A stretch of DNA of 64,000 nucleotides from Reclinomonas americana ATCC 50394 (GCA_048213135.1 PS015009.1:992001-1056000); one strand, 5' to 3'. Shown: positions 47,911 through 58,622, counted from the first letter of the stretch. A program made the numbers and translations. The notes: generated from the letters alone by a model not told the origin.

Positions 47911-48681
47911 TTACCTGATTTCAGACGGCGCCCCGCTGTTATGAAACGCCTCCTGGTCGAAGAATTTGGGATCGGTAACAAACCCTTTGATGTCTCCCCG
48001 CATGATATGATACGATAGCAGGTCGTCGGCACGGTACACCACAGGCCGCTGCGCCGCTGCCAGTTTTTTTGCAGCTTCCAGTGTAACCGCATACGCATGT
48101 GTACAATCGTGGAAGCCCGCTTTTTTGAGGTGCGGACTGATCTTCCTGGGCAATAAATTATTCACCATCGTCACATTCCACTTCATCAGTCCCAGTGCCG
48201 CCCGTATGCGATAAAAGAATTGCTTGATCTTAAGTCCGGCAGTAACCTTCTCGTGTTTGAGATAACCCAGGTAAACCAGTTCCCAGTCGGGCGGCAACTC
48301 CCTGAGCGCTGCAGGTAATTGTTCCAGTTGGTCGTACAAAGGCAACACATCATCTTCCAGTATCAGCACCCTTGACCAGTTGTTTTTGATCATCTCTTCA
48401 TATACCATGCGGTGCGATAAAGAACAGGCCACTTCACCCAGGTTGAGCGGTTTGCCGTGACGGTGAAGACTGATGGCCCTTTGTTCATCGTAGATCCCCT
48501 CCTGCCCCAGCGTAGCGGCATTCAGCGCCAGTTTATCGGCTCCCCAGAAAAAATCGAAATGCAAACCTTCCAGGTGCTGCTGCACGCTGCTGTGCCTGTC
48601 CGTAAACCGCGGAACAGAAACAACAAATATCCTGTCGAAATATTGTTGCAGGAAACCCGCTATGTTATTGTCGATCTTCAA
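47911..48681 (-). CDS. Glycosyltransferase family 25
   Basis: GEVACSLSH, LILEDD, WELVYLG, THAYAVT..AAKKL. Confidence 0.9.
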   Translation of the reverse strand: MKIDNNIAGFLQQYFDRIFVVSVPRFTDRHSSVQQHLEGLHFDFFWGADKLALNAATLGQEGIYDEQRAISLHRHGKPLNLGEVACSLSHRMVYEEMIKNNWSRVLILEDDVLPLYDQLEQLPAALRELPPDWELVYLGYLKHEKVTAGLKIKQFFYRIRAALGLMKWNVTMVNNLLPRKISPHLKKAGFHDCTHAYAVTLEAAKKLAAAQRPVVYRADDLLSYHIMRGDIKGFVTDPKFFDQEAFHNSGAPSEIR

Positions 48682-49412
48682 AAATCAAGATTGGTGAAAA
48701 TGATGTTCTCCCCTTTTATATTGAAGGAGAAATTATGCTGGTTAATTGCCCGGAATACTGATTTGGAGCAGCCGGGTTTTACCATGTCATGCAATTCTAT
48801 AATAAGCACTTTTGTTTTGGGCAGCCAGTTGTCAACATCACCGGAAAATACTTCTTTCTCGGCCCCTTCTATATCGAGTTTCAAAACATCAATGGTATTC
48901 CAGCCCATTCGCTGCATCACGGAAGAAATACTTACCGCGGCAATGGTGCCCTCTTCCGACTGGTCGGTTTCCTCTACCGTAAAGGCATTGTTGCCCGCAT
49001 CGGTATTGCTGATCTTTAAGTGCGTGTCCCTGTTCCATACGCCCGCCTTTATGGCTTCGATGTTGGAATAAGGTTTTATGTTGCTTTGCAGGACATTGAA
49101 ATTATCTGTATCGGGTTCTATCGTAACCACTTTTGCGCCGGGGTATTTGGTAGCAAAATAGCAGGCCGTTAGCCCGATATTACCTCCGCCGTCGATAATG
49201 CTGGCGGGTGTAAAATGCAGGGGAATACTGTAGGTCTCGTTCAGGATCACTTCTTCGAATGTAGCGAAGTCATAAGGGTTGTTGCGCATGGAAAAAGGAT
49301 GCAGCAGGCGGTTCACTTTAATATCAGCCGGCTTGCCCGATTTCAATTTTCTATACATCGCTATCGCGGCGGATAATCCCAAATGCTTACGTAATGTATA
49401 AAATCTTGACAT
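48678..49412 (-). CDS. FkbM family methyltransferase
   Basis: IDGGGNIG, IEP...NF, LKLDIEGAE, IELHD. Confidence 0.9.
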   Translation of the reverse strand: MSRFYTLRKHLGLSAAIAMYRKLKSGKPADIKVNRLLHPFSMRNNPYDFATFEEVILNETYSIPLHFTPASIIDGGGNIGLTACYFATKYPGAKVVTIEPDTDNFNVLQSNIKPYSNIEAIKAGVWNRDTHLKISNTDAGNNAFTVEETDQSEEGTIAAVSISSVMQRMGWNTIDVLKLDIEGAEKEVFSGDVDNWLPKTKVLIIELHDMVKPGCSKSVFRAINQHNFSFNIKGENIIFTNLDF

Positions 49413-49475
49413 GATGCTGTTAAACCCTTATTTTTAATCGCGAAGCTACAATTTGTAACCTGTTTAAAAAAACAC

Positions 49476-50591
49476 ATGAAGTCTGTTTTGTTTTTTTCCC
49501 TGATGAATGGCAGCGCCTGGGGCGGAAGTGAAGAACTCTGGTACAAAATGGCCGCGTGGATGAGTAAGAACGGCTACCAAGTTGGTGTTTGCTGCTACGA
49601 CTGGGAAGAAAAAAAAGAACGGCTGGCCAAGCTGGAAAAAGAAGGCTGTGTTATACACCTGTTGCCCGGCAGAAAAATAGTTAAGTCATTTGGCGGTAAA
49701 TGGAAACTGGGCAGTGCAGTAAAAAAAGTTCCTTTTGAAAAATATGACCTCGTTGTGGTGAACCAGGGCGGTTGGGAAGAAGTGATACATGGCCCTTTTA
49801 AACAGTTGCACAGACGACTGAAGAAATACGCCATCTGTTATCATAATTACAACAGCAACGCCACACTTTCAACCCGGAAGAAAGCTATTTTACAGCAATG
49901 GATCGGCAATGCCGCTGCCAATATTACCCTGGCGGAAAGAATATTTGATGTGCTGGCTGGCAATTTCGGCATTACAGTTCCCAATCCCGTTGTTTATTAT
50001 AACCCCATCACCTTTGAACCTCCGTCCGGAAAAACAACTTATCCCCCATTAGACCATAACAACTACCTGTGGGTGATGCTGGCGGAGCTGGACATTCAGC
50101 GTAAGGCGCAGGATGTACTGATCAAAGTGCTTTCGGCGTCAAAATGGAAAGAAAGGAACTGGACACTGCACCTGTATGGAAGGGGTAAAGACGAAGCCGT
50201 TTTGCAAAGCCTCATTGCGGGTTGCGGGTTGCAGGAAAAAGTGCTCCTGAAAGGATTCAGTAAAGATGTGCCCGGGGTATTGCGCAACTGTCATTTCCTT
50301 TTCCAGGTTACGCATATCGATGCCATGCCCATCAGTGTTGTGGAAGCCATGGCTATGGCCAGGCCCTGTATGGTGAGTAACGTAGGCGATATGACAAAAT
50401 GGGTGAATCACGGAACCAATGGATTTGTGTGTGAACAGGCCACTGAAAACAATATGGATGCCGTGCTGGAAGAATGCTGGCAGCAAAAAGACAACTGGGA
50501 AACATTTGGCGAAAATGCTTACCGGGTGTTTACTCAAAAATACCCGCAGCCTTACGAGGAAAAAACCGCTGCATTTCTTGACCAGTTGTAA
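49476..50591 (+). CDS. Glycosyltransferase family 4
   Basis: GGSE, RKAQDVLI, DAMPISVVEAMAMARP..VSNVG, GTNGF. Confidence 0.88.
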   Translation: MKSVLFFSLMNGSAWGGSEELWYKMAAWMSKNGYQVGVCCYDWEEKKERLAKLEKEGCVIHLLPGRKIVKSFGGKWKLGSAVKKVPFEKYDLVVVNQGGWEEVIHGPFKQLHRRLKKYAICYHNYNSNATLSTRKKAILQQWIGNAAANITLAERIFDVLAGNFGITVPNPVVYYNPITFEPPSGKTTYPPLDHNNYLWVMLAELDIQRKAQDVLIKVLSASKWKERNWTLHLYGRGKDEAVLQSLIAGCGLQEKVLLKGFSKDVPGVLRNCHFLFQVTHIDAMPISVVEAMAMARPCMVSNVGDMTKWVNHGTNGFVCEQATENNMDAVLEECWQQKDNWETFGENAYRVFTQKYPQPYEEKTAAFLDQL

Positions 50592-50592
50592 T

Positions 50593-50618
50593 AAAAAAAT
50601 CCCCCGTTGCCGGGGGAT
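50593..50618 (-). terminator. Terminator for typA
   Basis: A-run then atcccccg-ttgc-cgggggat. Confidence 0.75.
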
Positions 50619-50640
50619 CATATAAAGAGATAAAATATGA

Positions 50641-52452
50641 TTACAGTGCTTCCGCAGCCATTGATTTTTGTACCCTTTTCCTGTCTTCTTCATTCAGGAT
50701 CACTTTACGCATGCGTATAGCCTTTGGCGTTACTTCGATACACTCGTCCTGTTGAATATACTCCATACATTCTTCCAGTGTCATCAATGTTTTCGGCGCA
50801 ATACGTACCGCGTCGTCGCTGCCGCTGGCACGGTGGTTGGTCAGTTTTTTCCCTTCCGTCGCGTTCACTACCAGGTCGCCTGGTTTAATGTGCTCCGCGA
50901 TGATCTGTCCAGTGTAAACGTCTTCACCCGGGTCAACAAAGAAAGTACCCCTGTCCTGCAGTTTATCGATAGAATAGCCTGTTGTTTTTTCCGTGTTCTT
51001 TGACAGCAGCACACCATTGTTACGGCCGGGAATTGGTCCTTTCCATGGACGATATTCCACGAAACGATGTGCCATTACAGCTTCACCGGCTGTATTGGTG
51101 AGCATATTACTGCGCAGACCGATCAGTCCGCGTGAAGGAATTTCAAATTCGAGGTGCTGCATTTCGCCTTTGCTTTCCATCACCAGCAGTTCGCCTTTGC
51201 GTTGTGTAACCAGGTCGATCACTTTACCGCTGAACTCCTGCGGAACGTCTACCACCAGGTTTTCGTAAGGTTCGCACTTTTTTCCTTCAATCTGTTTTAC
51301 CAATACCTGTGGTTGTCCTACCGTCAGTTCATAACCTTCCCTGCGCATGGTCTCGATGAGTACACCCAGGTGAAGAATACCACGTCCATATACCAGGAAA
51401 CTATCGGCGCTGTCTGTATCTTCTACGCGAAGCGCCAGGTTTTTTTCTGTTTCTTTCATCAGCCTGTCACGCAGGTGACGTGAGGTAACGAACTTACCGT
51501 CTTTACCGAAGAATGGAGAGTTGTTGATGCCAAACAGCATGCTCATAGTGGGTTCATCCACGCTGATCACCGGCAATGCTTCAGGGAATTCAGCGTCGCA
51601 AATGGTGTCGCCGATGTTGAATTCTTCCAGCCCTACCACGGCGCAGATATCGCCCGCTTTTACTTCCGCAGCTTTCTTTTTACCCAATGCTTCGAACGTA
51701 TACACTTCCTTGATCTTCATTTTTTTCACAGCGCCTTCGGCCTGTACCAGTGCGATCTGCTGTGCTTCCTTAATGCTGCCACGTGTTACTTTACCTACTG
51801 CTATCCTTCCAAGGAAAGAAGAGTAGTCCAGAGAAGTAATCTGCATCTGCAGGGTACCTTCAGCGATCTTAGGCTCTGGTACGTGTTGCAGGATGGCGTC
51901 GAGCAGGGGCAGGATATTATCGGTAGGCTCAAGACTGGTATTCATCCAGCCCTGTTTGCTGCTGCCATAAATGGTAGGGAAATCCAGTTGTTCTTCTGTA
52001 GCGTCGAGGTTGAAGAAAAGTTCAAATACCGCGTCGTGTACTTCATCGGGGCGGCAGTTGGGTTTATCTACTTTATTGATCACCACAATCGGCCTCAGGC
52101 CCAGTTGCAGCGCTTTTTGCAGTACGAAACGGGTTTGCGGCATGGGACCTTCAAAGGCATCCACGAGCAGCAGTACGCCGTCGGCCATTTTCAATACCCT
52201 TTCTACTTCACCTCCGAAGTCACTGTGCCCAGGGGTATCGATCACGTTGATCTTAATGTCTTTATACGTTACTGAAACGTTCTTACTGAAGATGGTGATG
52301 CCCCTTTCCCTTTCGAGGTCATTATTGTCCATGATCAGTTCCCCTGTTTCCTGGTTTTCACGGAAAACGTTGGTGCTGTGCAGGATCTTATCTACCAGCG
52401 TGGTTTTACCGTGATCTACGTGGGCAATAATGGCGATGTTGCGGATATTCAT
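50641..52452 (-). CDS. typA: Translational GTPase TypA/BipA
   Basis: IAHVDHGKTTLVD, ERERGITI, DTPGHSDFGGEVER, NKVD, GRGILHL..LIETMRREG; TACCTTTG box on minus strand at 52533-52540. Confidence 0.97.
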   Translation of the reverse strand: MNIRNIAIIAHVDHGKTTLVDKILHSTNVFRENQETGELIMDNNDLERERGITIFSKNVSVTYKDIKINVIDTPGHSDFGGEVERVLKMADGVLLLVDAFEGPMPQTRFVLQKALQLGLRPIVVINKVDKPNCRPDEVHDAVFELFFNLDATEEQLDFPTIYGSSKQGWMNTSLEPTDNILPLLDAILQHVPEPKIAEGTLQMQITSLDYSSFLGRIAVGKVTRGSIKEAQQIALVQAEGAVKKMKIKEVYTFEALGKKKAAEVKAGDICAVVGLEEFNIGDTICDAEFPEALPVISVDEPTMSMLFGINNSPFFGKDGKFVTSRHLRDRLMKETEKNLALRVEDTDSADSFLVYGRGILHLGVLIETMRREGYELTVGQPQVLVKQIEGKKCEPYENLVVDVPQEFSGKVIDLVTQRKGELLVMESKGEMQHLEFEIPSRGLIGLRSNMLTNTAGEAVMAHRFVEYRPWKGPIPGRNNGVLLSKNTEKTTGYSIDKLQDRGTFFVDPGEDVYTGQIIAEHIKPGDLVVNATEGKKLTNHRASGSDDAVRIAPKTLMTLEECMEYIQQDECIEVTPKAIRMRKVILNEEDRKRVQKSMAAEAL

Positions 52453-52649
52453 ATGTTGTTATTTTAGTGTTGATGCCGGCAAACAGCCGTAACCATTTGT
52501 TCATACAGCAACACAACTCATTTTTAAGCCCGCAAAGGTAAGCTAAATAAGCCGGATGGCAAGGTTAAAAGTAAATTAATATATGGCCGGTTCTTTAAAA
52601 GGTATAACTAAAAAAGGAGACGTAACACATTGCAAATGTTTGAATTAAG

Positions 52650-52737
52650 TATCAGGTAGCAAGTAGCAGGTATAAAGAGAGCTGGTCTTGGTACTTGATA
52701 CTTACTACTCAATACTTGCTACTAACTACTAATTACT
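52650..52737. repeat. Inverted arrays of degenerate heptamer repeats
   Basis: aggtagc aagtagc aggta ... tacttga tacttac tactcaa tacttgc tactaac tactaat. Confidence 0.6.
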
Positions 52738-52817
52738 GTTTTCGTAACCCGTTTTCCCGATACGGCATTCCTTCCCCGGCGCAATCCATCACATTTGCGA
52801 AAATTTTCGCCAGCCAC

Positions 52818-53960
52818 ATGTCAAAACCAGGGAACCGCTTTAAAGCCATTATACGGCAGGTACATCTTTACCTGGGTTTGGTAAGTGGTTTGGTGGTACT
52901 GGTGGTTGCCCTTACCGGATGTTTATACGTTTTTGAGGAAGAGTGCCGCGATATCTTCCAGCATAAATATTATTATACCACCGCGCAGGGTACACGTAAA
53001 GACCTGGCGGAACTGCAGCAGGCGGTAAAGCAAGCCTACCCGTCAGAAAAGATCACCACCATCCGTTTTAAGGAAAAAGCCAACGCTGTTTTTATTTTTT
53101 CCACCAAAAGCAGGAAAGCCATTTCTGTTGATCCATATACCGGCGCTGTTATCGGCAGCCGCGACATGGAAAAAGATTTCTTTGGTATTGTACTGAAGAT
53201 ACACCGCACTTTATGGCTGGGCGAAACGGGCAAGGAGATCATCAAATGGAATGTACTCATCTTTTTTATCCTTTGTGTGAGTGGTTTGATATTGTGGTGG
53301 CCCAAACAAAAGCGTTTCTTCAAACAGGCTGCCAGCATACGTTTCAAGAGAGGCAACTGGAAAAGGGTGAACCGCGACCTGCATACCGTACCTGGCTTTT
53401 ACGCCTTGTTGCTGCTTATGCTGATCAGTCTTACCGGTATGTTCTGGATGTTTGACAGCGTAAAGGACGGCGTACGTTTCGTCACCAATCAAAAAAAATC
53501 AAAAAAGGAAGAAAAAATAAAGTCCAGGCCTGCAGCGGGCGCCGTGTTTGCAACCGGCGAAGCTTACCGGTACATGGTAACGCACTACACCGGGGCGGAA
53601 GAAACGTTCATCTCGGTTCCTGCTGACAGCCTGGCGCCAATTCGTGTATTGCAGCGCTATCCATATACGTTGGTGCGCAAGCAGGTAAGTTTATACTTTG
53701 ACCAATACTCCGGTAACATTTTGAAGCAGGAACATTTTGATCAGTATACTGCTTATGACAAAGTAGCCCGTGCCAATTATAGTCTGCACACCGGCGATAT
53801 TCCTCCGCTGGGTATCGGCAGCAAGATCATTTATTTCCTCGCCAGCCTTATTGCAGCCTCTCTTCCCGTTACCGGCTTCCTCGTGTGGCTGGGGAAGAAA
53901 AGAAAAAAAATATTTAATAAAAACAACATGCAGCGAATGCCTCAACTCATTCCTGCATAA
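52818..53960 (+). CDS. PepSY-associated TM-helix (iron-regulated membrane) protein
   Basis: HLYLGL..GL...ALTG, VDPYTG, HRTL, SGLILWWP, DLHTVPG, LHTG, TGFLVW. Confidence 0.9.
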   Translation: MSKPGNRFKAIIRQVHLYLGLVSGLVVLVVALTGCLYVFEEECRDIFQHKYYYTTAQGTRKDLAELQQAVKQAYPSEKITTIRFKEKANAVFIFSTKSRKAISVDPYTGAVIGSRDMEKDFFGIVLKIHRTLWLGETGKEIIKWNVLIFFILCVSGLILWWPKQKRFFKQAASIRFKRGNWKRVNRDLHTVPGFYALLLLMLISLTGMFWMFDSVKDGVRFVTNQKKSKKEEKIKSRPAAGAVFATGEAYRYMVTHYTGAEETFISVPADSLAPIRVLQRYPYTLVRKQVSLYFDQYSGNILKQEHFDQYTAYDKVARANYSLHTGDIPPLGIGSKIIYFLASLIAASLPVTGFLVWLGKKRKKIFNKNNMQRMPQLIPA

Positions 53961-54082
53961 ACACAATTCAGCGGTTTTTGCTGTCATCCTTCTGTCAAAC
54001 ATTACGTTGTTATGTATTCCTGACACAATGATGATAAAACTCATCGATCGCTGGATGAACTTTGCAAACGCAAATAAAAATT

Positions 54083-56119
54083 ATGAGAAAAAGAACCCTG
54101 ATCCTTGTTGCAGCACTTTCAGCAAATGCAGCATGGGCGCAAGACAGCAGCAAAACCAAAGACCTTAACGAAGTAGTGGTTACCGGGCAGTACAAAGCCC
54201 AGTCCGTAAAAAATTCCGTATACCAGGTTCGTGTGATCACTAAAGACCAGATACAGAAACAAGCCGCTTCCAAATTACAGGATGTACTCAGCAATCAATT
54301 GAACATCCGTTTTTCACAAGACCTTGCTACCGGCGGTTCCGACATTAACATGATGGGCCTCTCCGGCCAAAATGTAAAAATACTGATCGACGGTGTACCC
54401 ATGACCGGCAGGCAGGGCACATCAAACGAGATCAACATTAACCAGGTAGAAGTGAATTCCATCGAACGCATCGAGATTATTGAAGGACCCATGTCGGTGA
54501 TCTATGGCGCCGACGCCCTGGCCGGTGTGATCAACATCATCACCAAAAAACCAAAAGGCGAAAAATATTCCGTTACTGCGAGACTGCATGAAGAGACCGC
54601 CGGAAAAGAATATGGTTTCGATCGCGGCATCCACAACCAATACCTCGGCGCTTCCGCAACTTACAAGAACTGGTACGCCAGCGGCGGTATAGGACGTAAT
54701 TTATTCAACGGCTGGAAAGACACAGCCGTATGGAGGGAACTGACCTGGCATAAGAAAGACCAGATCGTAGGCAATGGCGTACTCGGTTACCGCACCAACA
54801 AACTGAATGTGTACTACCGCTTCGACGGGCTGGATGAGATCATCAGCAACCCCGCCAACATTGCCAACGGCAGCACACAACCCGCCACCGACCAGGATTA
54901 CATCACCGACAGGGCGATGCACCAGGTACAGGGATCTTACAACTTCAACAACAACCTTACCGCCAATGCGCAAACTTCTTATACGCACTTCACCCGCCAG
55001 GTATACTCTACCTTGTATTATCCCAATGGCGATGTAAGGGTATCTACCGCGCCGGGCGCACACAGTCTGAGCACATTCAACGGTTTCAATTTCCGTGGAA
55101 CGGTATTGTATAAGATCAATAAGATAATAGCGGTTCAGCCGGGTGCTGACATCAACCTCGAAAGGGCCGAAGGCGAAAGGATCAAGACCGGCACGCAGAA
55201 GATCGATGATTACGCTTTCTTCCTGACTTCTGAAATTACGCCAACATCACGCATCAACATCAGGCCGGGCCTGCGTTTTATCAAGAACACGGTATACGAT
55301 GCACCGCCAGTGATCCCATCTATCAATGCTAAATTCGGCATCATCAGCAACCTCGACCTGAGGCTGGCCTATGCAAGGGGCTTCCGCTCTCCTTCCGCAC
55401 GTGAACTGTATTACGATTTCTTCGACGCCAGTCACAGCATTGAAGGCAATCCCGATCTGAAAGCGGAACAATCCAACAGCTTTACCGGGTCACTGACCTG
55501 GACAGAGATCAATAAAAAGAGCATCAAACTCACTTCTTCACTGAGTGGCTTTTATAACGATGTAGACAATATGATCTCTTATGCCGCCAAAGCAGGCAAC
55601 CCGGCTATCACTACTTATATCAACATCAGCAAATACAAAACGCGTGGTGTATCGCTCAACAACAACCTGCAATACGGCCACCTTGCTGCCAGCCTGGGCT
55701 TTACTTATGTAGGACGTTATAATGAATATGAAACTTCTGACAAATCGCTGCCCGAATTCAAATGGTCGCCCGAAGTGAATTCCAATATTTCTTATACGTT
55801 TCCTAAACTCGGACTTGACCTGAACCTGTTTTACAAATACACCGGCAAGCTGCCTTTCTACCAGGAAAATACCATTGGCGGTGTAACCGCCGTTCGCCTG
55901 GTGGAAACAGAGGACTATCATTGGGCTGACTTCACCGTTAATAAAAAATTCTGTAAATACCTGACACTGAACGCCGGTATCCGCAACCTGTTCGACATCA
56001 CTTCCGTAAACAGCGGTATCGATAATGGCGGTGTGCATACACAGGGAGGCGCAAGGCCTGTCGGCAATGGCCGCTCTTACTTCTTCGGTGTTTTATTCAA
56101 CTGGACAAAAAACAAATAA
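54083..56119 (+). CDS. TonB-dependent receptor, HmuR-like
   Basis: LNEVVVTG, ILIDGVP, IERIEIIEGPMSVIYGADALAGVINIITK plug; GFRSPS, GNPDLKAE, RNLFD; upstream of HmuY. Confidence 0.9.
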   Translation: MRKRTLILVAALSANAAWAQDSSKTKDLNEVVVTGQYKAQSVKNSVYQVRVITKDQIQKQAASKLQDVLSNQLNIRFSQDLATGGSDINMMGLSGQNVKILIDGVPMTGRQGTSNEININQVEVNSIERIEIIEGPMSVIYGADALAGVINIITKKPKGEKYSVTARLHEETAGKEYGFDRGIHNQYLGASATYKNWYASGGIGRNLFNGWKDTAVWRELTWHKKDQIVGNGVLGYRTNKLNVYYRFDGLDEIISNPANIANGSTQPATDQDYITDRAMHQVQGSYNFNNNLTANAQTSYTHFTRQVYSTLYYPNGDVRVSTAPGAHSLSTFNGFNFRGTVLYKINKIIAVQPGADINLERAEGERIKTGTQKIDDYAFFLTSEITPTSRINIRPGLRFIKNTVYDAPPVIPSINAKFGIISNLDLRLAYARGFRSPSARELYYDFFDASHSIEGNPDLKAEQSNSFTGSLTWTEINKKSIKLTSSLSGFYNDVDNMISYAAKAGNPAITTYINISKYKTRGVSLNNNLQYGHLAASLGFTYVGRYNEYETSDKSLPEFKWSPEVNSNISYTFPKLGLDLNLFYKYTGKLPFYQENTIGGVTAVRLVETEDYHWADFTVNKKFCKYLTLNAGIRNLFDITSVNSGIDNGGVHTQGGARPVGNGRSYFFGVLFNWTKNK

Positions 56120-56156
56120 GCAACCAATTTATCAATCAACATATAACCTCATCAAG

Positions 56157-57557
56157 ATGAAACAAAGACTATTGAAAGGATTTCTGCTCTTCATATCGGC
56201 GGCCGCGCTGATCACCGCCTGCCGTAAGAAAGACGCCCCGTTGCCCGATAACCTGGCCCAGTACGAGTCCAGCGCACAGGGTATTGCCCCGGCATCTGCC
56301 AGCATTACCGTAAAAGTGAAACTGAGCCGTGCTACCGACAGGGACATTCCTGTTACCATCAGCCTTACGCCTAACGGTGTAGCCTATACAACACAATACA
56401 CCACCGCTCCCGCAGCCGTGTCTAATATCATTACGCTTACCATCCTGAGCGGCGCCAGCGAAGGCAGCTTTACGCTTACCAAAACCGCCGGCGCGGTATT
56501 CAGGGGTGATGAAACCATTGCTTTCAAGATAGAATCTACCGGCGCGCCGGTGATCATTGGCACTACCAACGTATTTACCCTGAGCTTTGCCGAGATCATC
56601 TCTACCGGCAGCGCCGTAACCGGTGATGGCGGCGGCGCCACATTCGGTAATAAAGTGTTCTTTGACCTGAGCGCCAACAGCCAAACTCCTGTTCAGCGTA
56701 CCAAGTGGGACCTCGGTTTCTACACAGGCAATGACGACTGGAGGGTGATCCTGAACTCTTCCTGCGGTATGATGGCCAAACAGATCAGCAAAAACGATCT
56801 TACTGCCGTTACCGCTGCGGACACACTGGGTTTTGGTGCTGACGTGATCTTTAACCAGACCGCACCTGCCACTACCGCTCTTCCTTATATCGACTATCCC
56901 GATGGTGATCTGACGAAAACCTCCATTGCGTCTGTTTCAGCTACTGCCACCGATAACAAAGTATACATCATCAACCGCGGTACTGGCATCGGAAGTCCTG
57001 CTCCGGGCAGGGGCTGGAAAAAAGTACGCATCATCCGCAATGCAGCCGGTGGTTACACTGTTCAGTATGCCGATATCGCCGCCACTACCTTCACTTCTGT
57101 GGACATTGCCAAAGACGACGCTTACTTCTTCAAATATGTTTCTTTTGAGACCGGCGCCGTTGCCGTTGATCCGCAGAAGAAAAAATGGGACCTGGCCTGG
57201 ACTTACTTCTCCAATACCACCAACTTTGGCGGTGGCGAAGTTCCTTACCTGTTCCAGGACATCGTGATCCAGAACCGCAACGTGGGCATCGCCAAAGTGA
57301 TGACAGCAACCAAAGCCTATGCTGATTTTGGTGAGGCCGACCTGACCGGTATCACTTACCTGACCTCGCAGGTGGCCATTGGCGCCGACTGGCGTTCTGG
57401 TGGTGGTCCAAGCACCGCTCCTGCTGTTCGCAGCGACCGTTATTACATCATAAAAGATGGAGATAATAACGTTTATAAATTACGTTTTACCGCCATGACT
57501 CAAAACGGCGAAAGGGGTTTCCCTGCTGTTGAGTATGCGCTGGTGAAAAAAGGATAG
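56157..57557 (+). CDS. HmuY-family lipoprotein with N-terminal Calx-beta-like domain
   Basis: Lipobox ITAC-RKKD; VFFDLS, KWDLGFY, KWDLAWT, YYIIKD..NVYKLRF...GERG. Confidence 0.8.
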   Translation: MKQRLLKGFLLFISAAALITACRKKDAPLPDNLAQYESSAQGIAPASASITVKVKLSRATDRDIPVTISLTPNGVAYTTQYTTAPAAVSNIITLTILSGASEGSFTLTKTAGAVFRGDETIAFKIESTGAPVIIGTTNVFTLSFAEIISTGSAVTGDGGGATFGNKVFFDLSANSQTPVQRTKWDLGFYTGNDDWRVILNSSCGMMAKQISKNDLTAVTAADTLGFGADVIFNQTAPATTALPYIDYPDGDLTKTSIASVSATATDNKVYIINRGTGIGSPAPGRGWKKVRIIRNAAGGYTVQYADIAATTFTSVDIAKDDAYFFKYVSFETGAVAVDPQKKKWDLAWTYFSNTTNFGGGEVPYLFQDIVIQNRNVGIAKVMTATKAYADFGEADLTGITYLTSQVAIGADWRSGGGPSTAPAVRSDRYYIIKDGDNNVYKLRFTAMTQNGERGFPAVEYALVKKG

Positions 57558-57581
57558 ACCGGTTTTTAACTATGGGTTGAG

Positions 57582-57610
57582 AATGCCTTTCCTCCGGGGA
57601 AGGCATTTTC
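57582..57610 (+). terminator. Hairpin/terminator after the HmuY gene
   Basis: aatgcctttcc-tccg-gggaaggcatt then T-rich tail. Confidence 0.55.
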
Positions 57611-57693
57611 CTTTTTGCGTAAATCCGTTTTTCTGATTGCGTAAGTGATTGTCACGTGATTGTCTTCTTTTTGCCATCAAATTGTAAATCATC

Positions 57694-58622
57694 ATGAGCA
57701 AAATCATACTGACCATTCTGACTGTATTCACGATCGTTAGCACACAGGCACAGACCAAAAAAATATAGAAAACCTTTGCGGTTGTTTTGAAGTGGAATTC
57801 AAATACGCCGAAACTTTTTCTCCCAACCCTAAGTACAAGTACCACGACAGGGAGGAGATTAGCGCCGGGCTGGAGCTGGTACTCCCGATCGAGAACACCG
57901 ATAAAAAAATTGTTATGCAGCACCTGCTGGTGGTGACCGATTCCATGATCGTTAAGCACTGGAGGGATGACTGGACTTACGAAAATCCCGTTCGTTACAA
58001 ATACGCCGGCAACAAAACCTGGGTGAAAGAAAACCTTTCTGCCGCACAGGTAAAAGGCAAATGGACACAATCCGTTTGGGAAGTAAGCGACGAACCCCGT
58101 TACCAGGGCAGCAGTGACTGGATCACCCTGGATGGCAAGCCTACCTGGGTAAACACCACCGATGCTCCGCTCCCCCGCAGGGAATACAGCGTACGCAGCG
58201 ATTACAATATCCTGCAAAGGACCAACAAGATCATGATCACCAAAGACGGCTGGCTGCATGAGCAGGATAATAAAAAGATCATCCGCGAAGGCAATACGGA
58301 CAAACTGCTGGTGGAAGAAAAAGGGTTCAACACCTACAAACGTGTAGACGACAGCAGGTGCGCCGCCGCGAAAGCCTACTGGGAAAAAAACAAGACCTAC
58401 TGGGCTAAAGTAAGGGCCGTGTGGGACGAGTACATCGCGAAGAACAACACCATCCAGTTAAAAACTAAAGTAGACGGCAAGGTGCTGAATGAATACCTGT
58501 TCGCCCTGGCGAAAGATTATTCTACCGGCAAGATTGCCGCCGCTGATATCGACAGCAAGATCAAAGAACAGATCTACCAGTTTTTCGGCGCTGAGAATAA
58601 AACATTAGCCGCGGTTAAATGA
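57694..58622 (+). CDS. DUF6607-family exported protein, frameshifted in A7 run (57757-57763)
   Basis: Signal peptide MSKIILTILTVFTIVSTQAQTKK joins NIENLCGCFEVEFKYAETF if one A is added; QHLLVV...KHWRDDW, W.Q.V..V.D.PRY, PLPRREY..RSDYN. Confidence 0.75.

Noticed and set aside
56025-56156. N-terminal extension of HmuY shown in the ORF track (similarly 52695, 26215, 33815, 6137 starts)
   Set aside because: Extensions overlap upstream genes or promoter boxes; downstream ATGs give proper signal peptides or family N-termini
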